Assembly (NCBI RefSeq): GCF_048593235.1
Contig: NC_133622.1
Span: 50,530,001 to 50,594,000 of the forward strand
Direction: 5' to 3'
Length of the DNA stretch: 64,000 bases
Origin: Sminthopsis crassicaudata
Lineage: Eukaryota
The position numbers and the translations under genes were made by a program. Below, in pieces: positions 63,664-64,000 of this stretch (its first letter is position 1; every line of letters starts with the position of its first letter). The notes beneath the pieces were generated by a model. The model searched no databases. It had not been told where the DNA came from and saw only the letters and a list, made by a program, of their open reading frames with translations.

Positions 63664-64000
63664 ATTAAGGTATCAGGTATGGTTGTGTTGTCACCTCTAA
63701 AAGAATTCAAACTTAATCAGTTTCCAACCTAGGCTAAGGCATTTTAATGAAATTTTTGCACTCAGTGGATGGAGCAAGCTCATAAAGGAGTCAGCAACCC
63801 AGCAAAACAAGACAAGGATTTTTTATGTAAATTCTGCGTTTGTAGGAGGAGTTTGCTACATGGGGAGGTCCCAAAGCTTTGGTGGAACTTCAGATATGAT
63901 TACCAAAATGCATACAGAAAAGCCCACTTAAGGGGGAATTAACTTATGGTAATGAAATAACTGTCACAGATTCACCCAAGGATAGCAAAGATGGGGGTAG

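Noticed and set aside
1-64000. CRISPR arrays, operons, or non-retroviral endogenous viral elements (borna-, filo-, parvovirus-like)
   Set aside because: No repeat-spacer arrays and no long coding-like stretch or recognisable viral motif. A highly decayed element cannot be excluded without TBLASTN against viral proteins.

Overview
AT-rich (roughly 30-33% GC by eye), CpG-poor, repeat-dense vertebrate DNA with two N gaps (37321-37460, 44735-44865). The repeat inventory (WSINE1-type SINEs, MAR1/CORE-RTE SINEs, MIR, L2, CR1/L3, marsupial-type L1, solo ERV LTRs) indicates an Australian marsupial, probably a dasyurid; the species call is inference from recalled consensus sequences. I recognise no protein-coding gene, RNA gene or intact mobile element. 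The supplied ORFs are chance ORFs or decayed L1/L2/CR1 frames, so the window looks intronic or intergenic. One orphan exon candidate (51692-51829, +) has good splice signals. Several unique, motif-dense blocks may be conserved enhancers. The most striking unexplained structure is a perfect 82-bp AT-rich palindrome (39-bp arms, GAGA loop, 63582-63663) beside an older 188-bp tandem duplication. Other points of interest are a cluster of four LTRs in 3.7 kb, several nested insertions with readable target-site duplications (TSDs), and a near-identical 150-bp duplication beside a gap. I found no convincing new multi-gene system. Repeat boundaries are approximate unless a TSD is quoted.
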